DNA of 64,000 nt, from assembly GCA_046483495.1 (NCBI GenBank), contig JAWODC010000057.1:39062-103061 (forward strand), given 5' to 3'. Made by a program: the position numbers and the translations under genes. This document shows positions 9,206 to 18,836 of the stretch, piece after piece. The notes below the pieces were generated by a model. It was not told the DNA's origin, made no database searches, and saw only the letters and a list, made by a program, of their open reading frames with translations. Each line of letters begins with the position of its first letter. Positions within the stretch are counted from its first letter, which is position 1. This stretch comes from Desulfobacterales bacterium. Lineage in GTDB: Bacteria; Desulfobacterota; Desulfobacteria; Desulfobacterales; UBA5616.

Positions 9206-11166
9206 GCTTTGCGGAGAACGAAATGAAGCCGAAAAGAAATGTTTACCTGAACATGAAAACACTGGAGGAGGCCGGAGAGATTCTGCTGGATGCCTTTCCG
9301 CGTAACCGGAATCCGGCGCATGAAACGGTGGACACCGTCGATGCCGTCGATCGAATTTTATCCGGTCCGGTATTTGCCGAAATGTCATCGCCGAATTTCC
9401 ATGCCGCAGCTATGGACGGCATTGCCGTTAAAGCCGCCGTTACGTTCGGCGCCCACGAGGCAAATCCCAAAGTGTTGCGGGTCGGCAAAGAAGCCCACTT
9501 TATCAACACCGGTCATGTTATGCCGAAAGAAACCGATGCGGTCATTATGATCGAACATATTCAGGTGCCGGATGCCGGAAGGGTCGTCATCGAATCACCG
9601 GTAGTGCCGTGGCAGAACGTCCGCAAAATGGGAGAAGATATCGTTGCAACCGAATTGTTGTTTTCCCGGAATCACAAGGTCAGCCCGTACAGTATCGGGG
9701 CACTGCTTTCAGCCGGCGTATTCAACGTGAATGTCCTGAAAAAGCCGAAAATCATGATTATCCCCACAGGTTCGGAACTGGTTGATTGGCACCGGACAGA
9801 CATTCATCACATGCCTGCCGGACGGGTCATCGAAACCAATTCGTTCGTATTGGGCAAAATGGCGGAAGCGGCCGGCGCCGAATGGGTCCGTCATGAACGC
9901 ATCATGGACGATATCCTCCGGATAAAATCGGCTGCAGAAAAGGCCCTTTCGGATGATTTCGACATGGTACTCATTCTGGGGGGATCGTCCGCCGGTTCCG
10001 AGGATTATTCACGACCTGTGATCGAGGCCCTGGGCAGCGTGTTGGTCCACGGGGTTACAATGATGCCCGGTAAACCGGTTGTGATCGGAAAAGCCTCCGG
10101 AAGGCCCATTTTCGGTGTTCCCGGATATCCTGTCTCCGCTATTATCGTATTTGAACAGCTTATCCGGCCTGTCATTCTGAACATGCTTGGTCAGACCGAT
10201 GATCCAAGGCCGGTGGTTCCGGTAAAGCCCACGCGAAAAATCGCCTCTAAACTGGGCACAGAGGAATTTCTCCGCGTCAAGCTCGGCCGGGTGGAGGACC
10301 GCATTGTCGCCACCCCCCTTCCCAGGGGGGCCGGCAGCATCACCACCCTCACCGAAGCGGACGGCATTATTCGCATTCCGCACCACATCGAAGGATTGAA
10401 AGATGATGACCCGGTGACCGCCGAATTGCTCCGGCCGCTGTCCACCATCCAAAACACCATCGTGATTGTCGGGAGCCATGATAACACCCTGGACATTTTG
10501 GCGGATGAAATCCGGTGCCGGCATGACGGCATCGCGCTTTCCTCGAGCCATGTGGGAAGCATGGGCGGACTGACGGCCGTAAAAAGGCGTCTTTGCCATC
10601 TAGCAGGCTCCCACCTGCTGGATACGGAAACCGGCGGCTATAACATCAGCTACGTCAAGAAATATTTGCCGGAAACGCCGGTTTGCCTCGTGAATCTCGT
10701 ACTCCGGGATCAGGGGTTCATCATTCCCAAAAACAATCCCAAACACATTACCGGAATCGAGGACCTTTGCCGTGACGACATTCGATTCATCAACCGTCAG
10801 GCCGGATCGGGAACGCGGATATTGTTGGATTTTCAGCTGGCCCGCGCAGGCATTTCACCCGACCGCATCCGGGGATATCACCATGACGAATTCACCCATA
10901 TGGCCGTTGCCGTAGCCGTTTTGAGCGGGGCTGCCGATGTGGGATTGGGCATACATGCCGCAGCCGGAGCTCTTGATCTGGCATTTATTCCCTTGATTAC
11001 GGAACAATACGATCTGATCATTCCCGAGCAGTTTATGAATACGCCCAATATCCGGCTGCTCATTGAAACCATTCAATCAGGCAATTTTAAACGCCGGGTC
11101 CTCGCTTTAGGCGGATATCATACTGAAAAAACGGGGACCGTTGTATGGCGGTCAACCGGCGCCTGA
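9202..11166 (+). CDS. MoeA fused to a C-terminal periplasmic-binding-protein-like (PBP) domain
   Basis: ATGA overlap with upstream moeA; AAMDGIAV, PTGSE and MPGKP; then GSHD, HVGSMGGL and NRQAGSGTR. Confidence 0.88.
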   Translation: MSFAENEMKPKRNVYLNMKTLEEAGEILLDAFPRNRNPAHETVDTVDAVDRILSGPVFAEMSSPNFHAAAMDGIAVKAAVTFGAHEANPKVLRVGKEAHFINTGHVMPKETDAVIMIEHIQVPDAGRVVIESPVVPWQNVRKMGEDIVATELLFSRNHKVSPYSIGALLSAGVFNVNVLKKPKIMIIPTGSELVDWHRTDIHHMPAGRVIETNSFVLGKMAEAAGAEWVRHERIMDDILRIKSAAEKALSDDFDMVLILGGSSAGSEDYSRPVIEALGSVLVHGVTMMPGKPVVIGKASGRPIFGVPGYPVSAIIVFEQLIRPVILNMLGQTDDPRPVVPVKPTRKIASKLGTEEFLRVKLGRVEDRIVATPLPRGAGSITTLTEADGIIRIPHHIEGLKDDDPVTAELLRPLSTIQNTIVIVGSHDNTLDILADEIRCRHDGIALSSSHVGSMGGLTAVKRRLCHLAGSHLLDTETGGYNISYVKKYLPETPVCLVNLVLRDQGFIIPKNNPKHITGIEDLCRDDIRFINRQAGSGTRILLDFQLARAGISPDRIRGYHHDEFTHMAVAVAVLSGAADVGLGIHAAAGALDLAFIPLITEQYDLIIPEQFMNTPNIRLLIETIQSGNFKRRVLALGGYHTEKTGTVVWRSTGA

Positions 11167-11191
11167 AAAAGATTTCTTCGCCCCTTCGAAT

Positions 11192-11605
11192 ATGGTAGAT
11201 TATTTTTTATTAAATCACACGGCGGATATAGGCATCACCGTTTTCGGCGCTGACCTGGACCATCTTTACAAAAATGCCGGGTACGCCATGTTCGATTTGA
11301 TTGTTCAAGCGAATGCCGCCGGCATCCAGGATGTCTTTAAGGTAACGGCGGAAGGTGAGGACTGGCCGGATCTTATGGTGGCCTGGTTAAGGGAGCTTCT
11401 CTATTTATGGAGCGGAAAAGAGCAAATCGTAAACGCTATTTCGATCGTAACGTCGCCTTATACCGTTTCAGCCGATATCCGGTGCACACCTTTCGATGCG
11501 AGTCGCCACTCCGTTCGACATGACATCAAGGCGGTTACCTATCACCGAATCAGCGTGGAACAGACCGCCGGCGGATGGAAATCCACCATTATTTTTGATG
11601 TTTGA
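11192..11605 (+). CDS. Archease
   Basis: HTAD near the N-terminus, IKAVTYH, terminal IFDV; directly upstream of rtcB. Confidence 0.88.
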   Translation: MVDYFLLNHTADIGITVFGADLDHLYKNAGYAMFDLIVQANAAGIQDVFKVTAEGEDWPDLMVAWLRELLYLWSGKEQIVNAISIVTSPYTVSADIRCTPFDASRHSVRHDIKAVTYHRISVEQTAGGWKSTIIFDV

Positions 11606-11614
11606 CATATACCA

Positions 11615-13054
11615 ATGACGTTCAAACTTAAAAAGATCGACAATTTTCGATGGGAACTGCCGAAAACGGGCATGATGCGGGTTCCGGGCATTATTTATAC
11701 GGGCGCCCCGCTGATCAATGCCGTCGAAAATGAAGAAGCATTGAAGCAGGTTGCCAATGTCGCGACATTGCCGGGAATTGTAAAAGCCGCCATGGCCATG
11801 CCCGATATACACTGGGGATACGGTTTTCCAATCGGGGGAGTGGCCGCCTTTGATTGTGATGAAGGGGTGATTTCACCCGGGGGAGTGGGCTACGACATCA
11901 ACTGCGGCGTTCGTTTGGCCGGCACTCAGCTGCATAAGACGGACATCGACGGAAAAGTGAAGAAACTTGCCGATGAACTTTATCGTTCTATACCTTCGGG
12001 CGTGGGCAGCACAGGTGCCATAACGCTGAGCCTGAAAGAGGAAAAACAGGTGCTCTTGAAGGGAAGCCGTTGGGCGGTTGAAAACGGCTTCGGCGAAGAG
12101 GGTGATATTCTTCATGCCGAAGATCAGGGGTGCATGGAAAATGCCGACCCGGAGACAGTTGGGGACCGGGCCCTCGAAAGGGGACGCAAACAACTCGGCA
12201 CCCTGGGATCGGGGAATCATTTTCTGGAAGTTGGTATTGTAGACACGGTATATGATGCAAAAGCCGCAAAGGGCATGGGGCTTTTTGAAGGCCAGGTGAC
12301 CTTCCTCCTGCACTCCGGCTCCAGGGGTCTGGGATACCAGATCTGCGACGATTCTTTGATGGAAATGACACGTCATCTGCATCAGTCCTTTCCGAATATA
12401 CCGGATCGACAGCTCGCCTGCGCCCGCATTCAGTCGGAGGCCGGCACGCGGTACTATAACGCCATGGCCTGCGCGGCGAATTATGCGTGGACCAATCGTC
12501 AGATCCTGCTTCACAGGACCAGAGAGGTATGTTACCGCTTTTTCGGCATCAGTCCGAAAACCCTCGACATGCGCCTGGTCTATGACGTCTGCCATAATAT
12601 CGCAAAAAAAGAGCTTCACCACGTCAATGGTGAAGAACGCCTGCTCTGCGTTCATCGAAAAGGCGCCACCCGTGCTTTCGGACCCGGTCATAAAGACCTT
12701 GCCGGTGATTACCGGGATATCGGACAGCCCATTCTGATTCCCGGTGACATGGGTACGGCCAGTTATGTCATGAAAGGCACCCAAACAGCCATGGAAGAGA
12801 CCTTCGGCTCCACCTGTCATGGCGCGGGTCGCGTACTCAGCCGCAAAGCCGCCAAAAAAGCAAGCAAAGGGCGTTCGATTTATCGCGAACTGGAAGATAA
12901 GGGCATCATTGTCAGGTGGACCGGGAAATCCACCATGGCGGAGGAAATGCCGGATGCCTATAAAAACATTTCCCACGTCGTCGATATTGTCCATGGAGCC
13001 GGGATAAGCCTTAAAGTGGCAAAGCTCAGACCGTTGATCGTTGTGAAAGGGTAG
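11615..13054 (+). CDS. rtcB: RNA ligase RtcB
   Basis: MPDIHWGYGFPIGG, GYDINCG, GSGNHF, HSGSRG, HRKGAT, HGAGR and EEMPDAYK motifs. Confidence 0.95.
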   Translation: MTFKLKKIDNFRWELPKTGMMRVPGIIYTGAPLINAVENEEALKQVANVATLPGIVKAAMAMPDIHWGYGFPIGGVAAFDCDEGVISPGGVGYDINCGVRLAGTQLHKTDIDGKVKKLADELYRSIPSGVGSTGAITLSLKEEKQVLLKGSRWAVENGFGEEGDILHAEDQGCMENADPETVGDRALERGRKQLGTLGSGNHFLEVGIVDTVYDAKAAKGMGLFEGQVTFLLHSGSRGLGYQICDDSLMEMTRHLHQSFPNIPDRQLACARIQSEAGTRYYNAMACAANYAWTNRQILLHRTREVCYRFFGISPKTLDMRLVYDVCHNIAKKELHHVNGEERLLCVHRKGATRAFGPGHKDLAGDYRDIGQPILIPGDMGTASYVMKGTQTAMEETFGSTCHGAGRVLSRKAAKKASKGRSIYRELEDKGIIVRWTGKSTMAEEMPDAYKNISHVVDIVHGAGISLKVAKLRPLIVVKG

Positions 13055-13055
13055 T

Positions 13056-13880
13056 ATGGAAATTATTCAAGCCGCTGTCTTAGGCCTGGTTCAGGGAATC
13101 ACCGAGTTTTTACCGATCAGCAGCTCCGGACACCTGGTCCTTTTTCAACACCTTTTCGGGCTGACCGAACCCCACCTCGAATTCGGTATCGCCGTTCATA
13201 TCGGCACCCTTTTGGCTGTTGTTCTTTTTTTCTTCGGAAACATCCGATCCCTGGTTGCGACACTTGTACGGTTTCTTCTTCAAGCGGTGCGCCGAAACCG
13301 GCCGGATCCAATCGGTTACGCCCGCCTGGATTTGAAAATGGCGGCCCTGATCGGCGTCGGCTGTATTCCGACCGCATTGATCGGGCTTGCGTTTTACCGC
13401 ATCTCCGACACGCTTTTTTCTTCCATCTCTTTGGTGGGTGTGATGCTGATAATCACCGGGATTTTGCTTTATCTGACGCGATGGAAAAAAAAAGCGGAAA
13501 AAACAATCCAGACGTTTACCCTTACCGATGCGCTGATTATCGGACTGGTGCAGGGAATGGCCATACTGCCCGGCATATCCCGATCCGGCGCAACGATAGC
13601 TGCAGCCGTTTTTTTGGGTATACGAAAAGAAATCGCGGCCGAATTCTCGTTTCTGCTCTCCATTCCGGCGATTCTCGGTGCCGGCGCGTTTATGGTGAAG
13701 GATGTTGTCGGGGAACCGGGTCCGTGGAATCTGAATGTTCTTTTGGCAGGTTCGCTCGTATCAGCCATTGTAGGGTACTTTTCCCTGTACGTCCTGGTTT
13801 TTATGATTAAAAAAGGGAGGCTTCATTTCTTTGCGCCGTACTGCTGGCTTCTGGGGGCGGCCGTATTTATTATCATTTAA
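13056..13880 (+). CDS. uppP: Undecaprenyl-diphosphatase
   Basis: QGITEFLPISSSGHL and PGISRSG motifs; multiple TM helices. Confidence 0.93.
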   Translation: MEIIQAAVLGLVQGITEFLPISSSGHLVLFQHLFGLTEPHLEFGIAVHIGTLLAVVLFFFGNIRSLVATLVRFLLQAVRRNRPDPIGYARLDLKMAALIGVGCIPTALIGLAFYRISDTLFSSISLVGVMLIITGILLYLTRWKKKAEKTIQTFTLTDALIIGLVQGMAILPGISRSGATIAAAVFLGIRKEIAAEFSFLLSIPAILGAGAFMVKDVVGEPGPWNLNVLLAGSLVSAIVGYFSLYVLVFMIKKGRLHFFAPYCWLLGAAVFIII

Positions 13881-13903
13881 AAGAGACAGACAAGGAGTGA
13901 ACG

Positions 13904-15256
13904 ATGAATCCTGACATTTTTCGGGAATACGACATCAGGGGTATCGCAGAAAAGGATATGACCATAGAAGAAGTGCTGTTAATCGGCAGAGGCATCGGAA
14001 CTTATCTAAGGCGGCATAACTGTTCGAAAATCACCGTTGGAAGGGACTGCCGTCTCACCTCCAGTGATTATGCCGACAAAATTATCGAAGGGCTCATGTC
14101 AACGGGATGCAGCGTAACCGATCTGGGCGTTTGTCCCACCCCTGTGTTTTATTTTTCGATACGCCATTTCCGGCAAGAAGGCGGCGTGATGATCACCGCC
14201 AGCCATAACCCTGGAGAGTATAACGGCTTCAAAGTATGCAAGGAATTGGATTCGCTTTACGGCGATGAGTTGAAAAAAATTCTCGACATCATCGAAAACC
14301 GTGATTTTGCAGCCGGAAAAGGATCATGCCGGAGCGACGACATTATCCCGCCGTACAAAAAATACATCATCGACAACATATCAATTTCAAAACCTCTGAG
14401 AATCGGCGTCGATGCAGGAAACGGCACGGCCGGTGTCGTGGCGGTTCCGATATTGAAAGAACTGGGATGCGAGGTGCATGACCTCTACTGCGACATGGAC
14501 GGAACATTCCCGAATCATGAAGCGGACCCCACCGTCGAAAAAAACCTGACCGACCTTATCCGGCTGGTCGCCGATAAAAATCTGGATGGCGGTATCGGCT
14601 TTGACGGGGATGGTGATCGCATCGGCGTTGTGGATGAAAAGGGGAACATCGTCTATGGCGATCGGCTGATGATTATTTTCTCCCGGGAAATTCTTTCCAG
14701 AAAGCCCGGAGCGGTATTCATCTCCGAAGTAAAATGTTCCCAGACCCTGTATGACGACATCGAAAAACACGGCGGAAAACCGATCATGTGGCGGACCGGC
14801 CATTCCCTGATCAAAAAAAAGATGAAGGAAGAAAACGCCGCCTTGGCCGGTGAAATGAGCGGCCACATGTTTTTTGCAGACCGGTATTTTGGATTCGACG
14901 ACGCGACGTATGCCTGCTGTCGTCTGCTCGAAATTATGGCCGATTCCGGGAAAACGATATCCGAACTGCTGGCCGATATTCCCCAAACGTTCACGACACC
15001 GGAAATACGGGTGGACTGTCCTGATCGCATCAAATTCAAGGTGGTCAAGCAAATCACCGATCATTTCAAAAAAACCCATGAGGTCATCGACATCGACGGA
15101 GCCCGGGTCTTGTTTGGGGATGGGTGGGGTCTGGTCAGGGCATCCAACACCCAACCGGCCCTCGTGCTTCGCTTTGAAGCCCTCTCCCGAAACCGGTTAC
15201 AGGAAATCCGGCAAACCGTTGAATCGGCGCTCAAAATCATCAGTGATCGATTCTGA
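13904..15256 (+). CDS. Phosphomannomutase/phosphoglucomutase (AlgC-like)
   Basis: FREYDIRG, TASHNP, DGDGDR, GEMSGH and RASNTQP motifs. Confidence 0.93.
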   Translation: MNPDIFREYDIRGIAEKDMTIEEVLLIGRGIGTYLRRHNCSKITVGRDCRLTSSDYADKIIEGLMSTGCSVTDLGVCPTPVFYFSIRHFRQEGGVMITASHNPGEYNGFKVCKELDSLYGDELKKILDIIENRDFAAGKGSCRSDDIIPPYKKYIIDNISISKPLRIGVDAGNGTAGVVAVPILKELGCEVHDLYCDMDGTFPNHEADPTVEKNLTDLIRLVADKNLDGGIGFDGDGDRIGVVDEKGNIVYGDRLMIIFSREILSRKPGAVFISEVKCSQTLYDDIEKHGGKPIMWRTGHSLIKKKMKEENAALAGEMSGHMFFADRYFGFDDATYACCRLLEIMADSGKTISELLADIPQTFTTPEIRVDCPDRIKFKVVKQITDHFKKTHEVIDIDGARVLFGDGWGLVRASNTQPALVLRFEALSRNRLQEIRQTVESALKIISDRF

Positions 15257-15335
15257 TGATGCCGCAGCAAGCTGTCTAAAAACAAGGCGGAGCAGCACCG
15301 GGGGCATACTCAACTGCAGGCCGTTCCGAGGTGCA

Positions 15336-16205
15336 TCAATCCGCCTTGTGCTTGTGCCACTTTTCAGACAATATCTGCGCGTAAAGCCTGCGGGTTCCCG
15401 AATCAAACATCTGCTCGGCACGCGCCCTTCTTTCGGCTTCCACCTCGAAAAATCCGAAAAGCCTTTCATGCACTTTTCGGACGATTTCTTCTCTGCCCAT
15501 GCCTTTTTTGATCATGGCTTCGGTCATAAACCACAGGCGTGTAAAGTATTCGATGAACCTCTCCAATTCATCCGCTCCGCATACCTCCCCATGGCCGGGA
15601 ACAATGATTTCGACATCGTGAGACGCCATGCAGTTCAGGGCTGCAATCCATTGCGCGAAATCCGCGTCACCCTTATATGGATGCATCCCGGCCGTCAGAT
15701 TGTCACCGGCAAACAGCACGTTTTCATTTTCAATATAGATGCAAATGCTGCCCGGGGCATGACCGCCCACGTGGATCAAACGAATCACGTCCTCCCCGAC
15801 ATGGAGGATCATTTCTTTTTCGAACGTAATTTTCGGACGCACCAGGGGCGCCGAAAGGATAAAATCGACCTCCTTCTTCGTTCTTCCAGGCGCCGTCGGG
15901 GCCATTTCCTCTCGAAGGGTGCCGCCGGGTCTTTGCATGTGGGCCAATGCGGTCTCATGCATAATGAGGCAGCCGCCCATCGCCTCATTCCCAATGATGT
16001 GATCGTAATGATGATGCGTGGCGATGGTATAGCGCTCGTTTTCCGCCTCGAGTCCCGAGATGAATACGAGCCAATGCCGTATATCCTTTGGAAGCATGGG
16101 GGAGTCCACCAGAACCTGACCTCCACCCGTCTGAATACAGGCGACATTCGCCCCGTCATACGCCGTATTGGCATAAATATGCTTTTTGATTTTTTCGATT
16201 GCCAT
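15336..16205 (-). CDS. Metallo-beta-lactamase-fold hydrolase
   Basis: THHHYDH, GGHAPG, LFAGD and VPGHG motifs. Confidence 0.85.
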   Translation of the reverse strand: MAIEKIKKHIYANTAYDGANVACIQTGGGQVLVDSPMLPKDIRHWLVFISGLEAENERYTIATHHHYDHIIGNEAMGGCLIMHETALAHMQRPGGTLREEMAPTAPGRTKKEVDFILSAPLVRPKITFEKEMILHVGEDVIRLIHVGGHAPGSICIYIENENVLFAGDNLTAGMHPYKGDADFAQWIAALNCMASHDVEIIVPGHGEVCGADELERFIEYFTRLWFMTEAMIKKGMGREEIVRKVHERLFGFFEVEAERRARAEQMFDSGTRRLYAQILSEKWHKHKAD

Positions 16206-16263
16206 GGTTCACCCCCGCATGTCCGTATGCGTTCGATGCATAATGGTTCACATACCACCGGAC

Positions 16264-16292
16264 TGGACACATCGTCAAGAAATGGTTATAAT
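16264..16292 (+). promoter_or_regulatory. Sigma70-type promoter of the small membrane protein gene
   Basis: TGGACA (16264-16269), 17 bp spacer, TATAAT (16287-16292). Confidence 0.65.
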
Positions 16293-16316
16293 GATGAAAA
16301 ATTACAGGAGGTAATG

Positions 16317-16466
16317 ATGGAAGCCATAATTATGCTGTTGATTTTAGTGGGAGGATGGATCCTACTGCAGGCGTATATACTGCCTAAAATGGGAATCTCC
16401 ACGTGAATGCGCCCCGCCTGTCGGGAGACGGGAAAAAAACAATCCAAAACCGAAGATGAGGGATAA
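16317..16466 (+). CDS. Small single-TM protein, candidate selenoprotein (49 aa, U at codon 30; 29 aa if the TGA is a stop)
   Basis: AGGAGG RBS; MEAIIMLLILVGGWILLQAYILPKMGIST, TGA (16404-16406), MRPACRETGKKQSKTEDEG, TAA; hairpin after the TGA; terminator after the TAA. Confidence 0.6.
16413..16432 (+). promoter_or_regulatory. Candidate SECIS hairpin
   Basis: CCC-gcct-GTC-[GGGA]-GAC-GGG; first loop G is 17 nt after the TGA. Confidence 0.5.
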
Positions 16467-16468
16467 TT

Positions 16469-16500
16469 AAAAACGCCGGGAAACAATTCCCGGCGTTTTC
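16469..16500. terminator. Bidirectional intrinsic terminator
   Basis: AAAACGCCGGGAA-acaa-TTCCCGGCGTTTT between convergent genes. Confidence 0.8.
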
Positions 16501-16551
16501 ATTTTCAGGGGGCGATGCCTGTTATAGGCGCTTTTTCTTATACAGCTTTAT

Positions 16552-17070
16552 TTAGAACCTGTAATGGACACCCGCCGTTACATTGATCCCGTCCAGTTTA
16601 AGTTCCGCATCCATATCATCGATATCAACATTGATAAAATTGTAGCCGACTTCCCAGTTGAAACCCAGTTCCGGGAGTCCCTGAAAGCTGTATTCGGCAC
16701 CGAGCATCGGACCGGCCATCCAGAGATTATCATCGGTAAAATCATCGATGTCGTATTGACCGTAAGCGAAATCGGCTCCGACATAGAACTTGCTGTTTTC
16801 ACGGATCACGGCCGCATACATCAATTTGGCATCCAAGATCCATATATCGGCTTCGAGGTCAGGACCGTCGACATCGGCATGGCCGTAGAAGAAGGTTCCC
16901 TCGTATCCAAATGCATCGCTCCATCCACGAACGCTGATACCGCTTAGGAGATTGCTACCGGTACCGATCAGCCCTTGATATCCGACACTCAGCTCCTGTG
17001 CACCTGCCGAACCCACGCCAAAAGCCAGTGCTACCACCAACGCTAAAACCCACAACGATCTTTTCATCAT
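16552..17070 (-). CDS. Outer-membrane beta-barrel protein
   Basis: Signal peptide ending AGA; amphipathic strands; terminal AGVHYRF. Confidence 0.8.
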   Translation of the reverse strand: MMKRSLWVLALVVALAFGVGSAGAQELSVGYQGLIGTGSNLLSGISVRGWSDAFGYEGTFFYGHADVDGPDLEADIWILDAKLMYAAVIRENSKFYVGADFAYGQYDIDDFTDDNLWMAGPMLGAEYSFQGLPELGFNWEVGYNFINVDIDDMDAELKLDGINVTAGVHYRF

Positions 17071-17286
17071 TTTCTCTCTCCTTTCTCCACCGCGCCCCTG
17101 AAACCGAAATGATATGTCGATTAGTGCTTTTTATTTGATTTGTCAATCCATTTCGGCATAAATGGTATAAATATAACTTAATTATTACTATCTTTAACAT
17201 TTTATGAACTTTGTTTAGTTGTTATGGTGTGTTATATTCGCAGTTTAATAGGGGGTGTAAGGTGGCTTCAGGAAGGTATGGATCCG

Positions 17287-17835
17287 TTATCGGGAAAGGC
17301 GGGAATCCCTCGTCAATGACGACATGTATTCCCGGTACACGCGGTAATCCTTATCGGAAAAAAGGATGAAATACACCTTTTTGGGAGTGGCCCGGTTTTC
17401 CTTCAAAAAATCGATGGTGGTATCGATAGCGATGCTGCAGGCTTTGGCTATGGGATAGCCGTATACACCGCAGCTGATCGCCGGAAATGCAATCGATTGT
17501 ATATCGTTCTGTGCCGCCAGCGCCAGGCTGTTCCGATAGCAGGATGCGAGCAGCATGGGGTCCTCGGGACGGTTTCGGTAAATCGGCCCCACGGTGTGGA
17601 TGACATAAGCGGAAGGCAGATGATAGCCTTTTGTTATGCGCGCTTCTCCTGTCGGGCACCCGCCGAGGGTTTTGCATTCGGCCAGCAGTTCGGGCCCGGC
17701 GGCTCGATGAATGGCGCCGTCTACGCCACCGCCTCCAAGAAGGGAGCTATTGGCGGCATTGACGATTGCATCGGCCGTTACTGCGGTAATATCCGCTTGG
17801 AGGATCTCGATTCGGTTCAAACTTTCAGGGTCCAT
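17287..17835 (-). CDS. Macrodomain O-acetyl-ADP-ribose deacetylase (YmdB-like)
   Basis: [30 protein letters not shown] and [11 protein letters not shown] motifs. Confidence 0.92.
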   Translation of the reverse strand: MDPESLNRIEILQADITAVTADAIVNAANSSLLGGGGVDGAIHRAAGPELLAECKTLGGCPTGEARITKGYHLPSAYVIHTVGPIYRNRPEDPMLLASCYRNSLALAAQNDIQSIAFPAISCGVYGYPIAKACSIAIDTTIDFLKENRATPKKVYFILFSDKDYRVYREYMSSLTRDSRLSR

Positions 17836-17883
17836 AGCCGCTCCTTCGCGCCGGGAGGGTGATATGGCCTGCCAACCGGCCTC

Positions 17884-18372
17884 CTATAAATCGTAAAGCG
17901 TATCGTCATGCACCGGACGGAATACTTTCACTTGCTTGCCCTGGGTCCCCGGCATCAAAAAAGGATCTTCACTCTCCAGTATATCTCCCAGTTCGGCCTC
18001 GACCGTTTCGGGATCCTCTCCCTTTTCCATTCGGCTGAGCGCCTCCTCCATTCCGGAGCCCAGTTTAAGGCCGGACATATCGGACAATTTTCGCATCAAT
18101 GCGGCCGCCTGTCTGGGGTCGTCCTCGTTGACGTTCTCCGCCTCGCCCGCCAGCATATTCATTGCCTTCTCCATTTTTGATTCGTCAAACGGGAAATCGC
18201 TCTCATCCTCCGAATCTTTTGCTTTTCCCGTAATGGCAAACAGGCTTACCTGGCGCGTCAGTTTTCGAGTTTTGCATTTCGGGCAGTCCGGATTTTTTTT
18301 GGTGTTAACGGTTTTGGAAAAAAAATTGAAGATCCTATTGCAGTTATCGCAGTAAAATTCGTATATCGGCAT
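17884..18372 (-). CDS. FmdB-family zinc-ribbon protein
   Basis: MPIYEFYCDNC...CPKC followed by an acidic helical C-terminus. Confidence 0.85.
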   Translation of the reverse strand: MPIYEFYCDNCNRIFNFFSKTVNTKKNPDCPKCKTRKLTRQVSLFAITGKAKDSEDESDFPFDESKMEKAMNMLAGEAENVNEDDPRQAAALMRKLSDMSGLKLGSGMEEALSRMEKGEDPETVEAELGDILESEDPFLMPGTQGKQVKVFRPVHDDTLYDL

Positions 18373-18836
18373 ATTCCAAGCCCCCCCGGCATCGACATGC
18401 CGCCGAAATCAGGTATCCAACCGAATCTCACAGCGGCACGGCATTGATTGGACCAACAGGCGAACGTACATTGGAAATATAAAAATCAAGACGAAATTTG
18501 TCAACTTCATTCTCATTGCGATCTTTCATTCTCCAGACCTTCAAACGGCCATGCGGTTCGAAGATCCGGCAATACGTGTATCTGACAGCCGGATGGCCGG
18601 ATTTTTGTGCATTGACAAATTCAAATCATTTATTTATTTTAATGAGAATGCGATGGTATTGACCATCCACGGCATTTTCTTGGGCATTTTCTTGGATCGG
18701 TGACATGAATCAAAACTGTGTGATCGCTTCGTGAAAACTGCTTCGGATCAAAAGATGCCATTTTCAGATTGAAACCTGATAAGAACTATCGAATGGAACG
18801 GCTTCACATTCGGTAACAATCAAAAGGAGGAGACCC

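Noticed and set aside
11873..12994. 373-aa minus-strand ORF and similar long antisense ORFs (e.g. 735-1541, 14387-15154, 54575-55408)
   Set aside because: Antisense shadows of well-supported genes, with no recognisable motifs.
14874..16406. 510-aa plus-strand ORF
   Set aside because: Shadow frame overlapping the PMM gene and antisense to the MBL hydrolase; only its last ~30 codons have an RBS and promoter (the micro-protein).
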